DNA of 64,000 nt from positions 64,001 through 128,000 of the forward strand of contig CAVVXH010000004.1 in NCBI GenBank assembly GCA_963752155.1, given 5' to 3'. A model generated the notes under the pieces. The model was given only the letters and a program-made list of their open reading frames with translations, was not told where the DNA came from and did not search any database. Numbering within the stretch: the first letter of the stretch is position 1; the number at the start of each line of letters is the position of its first letter. Below, in pieces: positions 62,617 through 64,000 of the stretch. A program made the translations under genes and the position numbers. Source of the DNA: an uncultured Parachlamydiaceae bacterium (GTDB taxonomy: Bacteria > Chlamydiota > Chlamydiia > Chlamydiales > Parachlamydiaceae).

Positions 62617-62904
62617 TATAAAGAATGCATCGACTGGTGCAATCCTTGAATAGCGGAAAGCAGTGCGGAAGAAATTGTAAATGGTGTAGTAGATGTTTAA
62701 ACAACAAGTGTTTCACCGGCGAGCTTGAAACGGTTGTTAATAATAAAGCTGTAATAATAATAAGTATTAATAATAATTAAGGTTTACAATTCCCGCAGTG
62801 CGATTCCGCCAAAATAATTTAATAATAAAAATAAAGATTAATTCTAAATAATATATTAATAATAAATTTTCATAAGATGAGAGGGCTTGACTTGTTCAAG
62901 CCCT
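62617..62904 (+). ncRNA. Candidate structured non-coding RNA (rod with central bubble, 6S-like)
   Basis: Upstream TTGACA at 62583. 62653-62682 pairs with 62782-62809; apical hairpin at 62698-62740; closing hairpin AGGGCTTGA/TCAAGCCCT at 62882-62904; no ORF. Confidence 0.5.
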
Positions 62905-62947
62905 TGCCATTTCTAGACCATTTGACAATCAACTTGCAAGATTACGC

Positions 62948-62976
62948 TTGACTTTATTGATCAATACTTCTAAACT
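62948..62976 (+). promoter_or_regulatory. Sigma70/sigma66-type promoter candidate for ORF 63019
   Basis: TTGACT-N17-TAAACT; RBS AAGGAG before the ATG. Confidence 0.55.
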
Positions 62977-63018
62977 AAGAATAGTTTTAAAAAAGTTGTC
63001 TAAACAAAGGAGTAATAA

Positions 63019-63927
63019 ATGAATTGTCTTCCAAGCTTACTAAATATCTATACGAATTATCTTGCAGGCGAAGTATTATCTGCTAAACTGCTTATTTTTA
63101 GTAGTGATTGTAAATTAGATAAAGATTCAATAAAACAAACATTTAGATCTAAAATTTTTGAAAATGATAAAAATGTTCTAGCAAAAAAAGTTATATTGTT
63201 TTCAGCTTGTACGCTTCCTCGTGAAGTCCTCTCCCAAATTACCTTTGATCTTGAACTTGTTAATTTCCATATGCATCTGAATAATCTACTCCAATGGCGT
63301 CCATTTTCTGAATTAATGCTCATCAAAGAAATGGAGGCTAAACACTCTAATGAAAAGAATGAAGACGAAAAATCCCTTTTGGAAGAACAAATACAACAAA
63401 AAAAAGACGAATTTGAATACGATTGTGCTACTGACACCTCAAAAGCAATATGTGATTTAGCCTCTGCACATATACAAAATCAACCGATGAACTTTAGCGA
63501 TTTTAATGTGATTAATGATGGCAATTTAGATGAAAATAAGCTATTTAATTTAATTCGTATAGCTCTAAAAAACAAAGAAATTCAAATTTTTAAAGGAATT
63601 AGATTGTTATCAACATGCAATTTTCTACCCAAAGAGCTCATACAAAGAATCGCTTGCAAAATAAAAGAAATCATTTTCTTTCAAACTAAAGAAGGCCTTT
63701 TAAATTTCGAAGTAACTATTGTAGATGAGAGTAGTCATACTATAACATTTAAACCCTTTTCAGATTTGCTGGATCTTTTAAAAATTCGCAAACAAATGAG
63801 CATTGAAACAAGTGAAAGTGAAAAGGTAAATTTATCACTACAGCTTCGAGCCCCATCCAAACGAATTACAAAATTATATTTGCAACACTATTTGCAACAC
63901 TTAGATCCATCTGCCGAGCCGCTATAA
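63019..63927 (+). CDS. Hypothetical protein with an internal duplication and F-box-like LPxE motifs
   Basis: LFSACTLPREVLSQI..RPFSELM vs LLSTCNFLPKELIQRI..KPFSDLL. Confidence 0.6.
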   Translation: MNCLPSLLNIYTNYLAGEVLSAKLLIFSSDCKLDKDSIKQTFRSKIFENDKNVLAKKVILFSACTLPREVLSQITFDLELVNFHMHLNNLLQWRPFSELMLIKEMEAKHSNEKNEDEKSLLEEQIQQKKDEFEYDCATDTSKAICDLASAHIQNQPMNFSDFNVINDGNLDENKLFNLIRIALKNKEIQIFKGIRLLSTCNFLPKELIQRIACKIKEIIFFQTKEGLLNFEVTIVDESSHTITFKPFSDLLDLLKIRKQMSIETSESEKVNLSLQLRAPSKRITKLYLQHYLQHLDPSAEPL

Positions 63928-64000
63928 ATTCTGAAAAGATCAAATATATAGTCCCTTAAAGGCTTGCTGAGGGCCTCGCCCTTGGTTAGAATATGTTTAA

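Noticed and set aside
62617..62904. tmRNA, RNase P RNA or SRP RNA identity for the structured region
   Set aside because: No tRNA-like ends or tag frame, no GAGGAAAGTCC, and no SRP GGAA-loop motif were seen.

Overview
AT-rich window that most likely comes from an environmental Chlamydiae (Parachlamydiales-like) endosymbiont. This is inferred from the ispA/glmU-like gene pair, a Pom-like outer-membrane protein and many ANK, F-box, BTB and RhoGAP effector-type genes. From left to right it holds: a decayed IS1182-type transposase; a ~19.6-kb operon-like array of five paralogous giant ankyrin genes with swapped C-terminal modules (BTB twice, LRR plus USP deubiquitinase once); ung; two tandem F-box-like genes; a Zn/Mn ABC transporter; tRNA-Ser(GGA) with an island remnant (serine-recombinase tail, mobile mystery proteins A/B); an orphan HigA; and a decaying cyo operon (cyoB absent, cyoC and cyoD frameshifted). 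Further right are RhoGAP effectors, several pseudogenes, a GxxExxY gene and housekeeping genes (trxB, folD, ugd, RlmI-like, OppB-like, ispA, mutY, prpD). Intergenic DNA is rich in a modular family of nested palindromes. One of these encloses an unannotated GxxExxY remnant between inverted 8-9-mer arrays, which suggests a GxxExxY-associated palindromic mobile element. A structured ncRNA candidate lies at about 62.6-62.9 kb. All assignments come from motif recognition by eye; no database searches were run.
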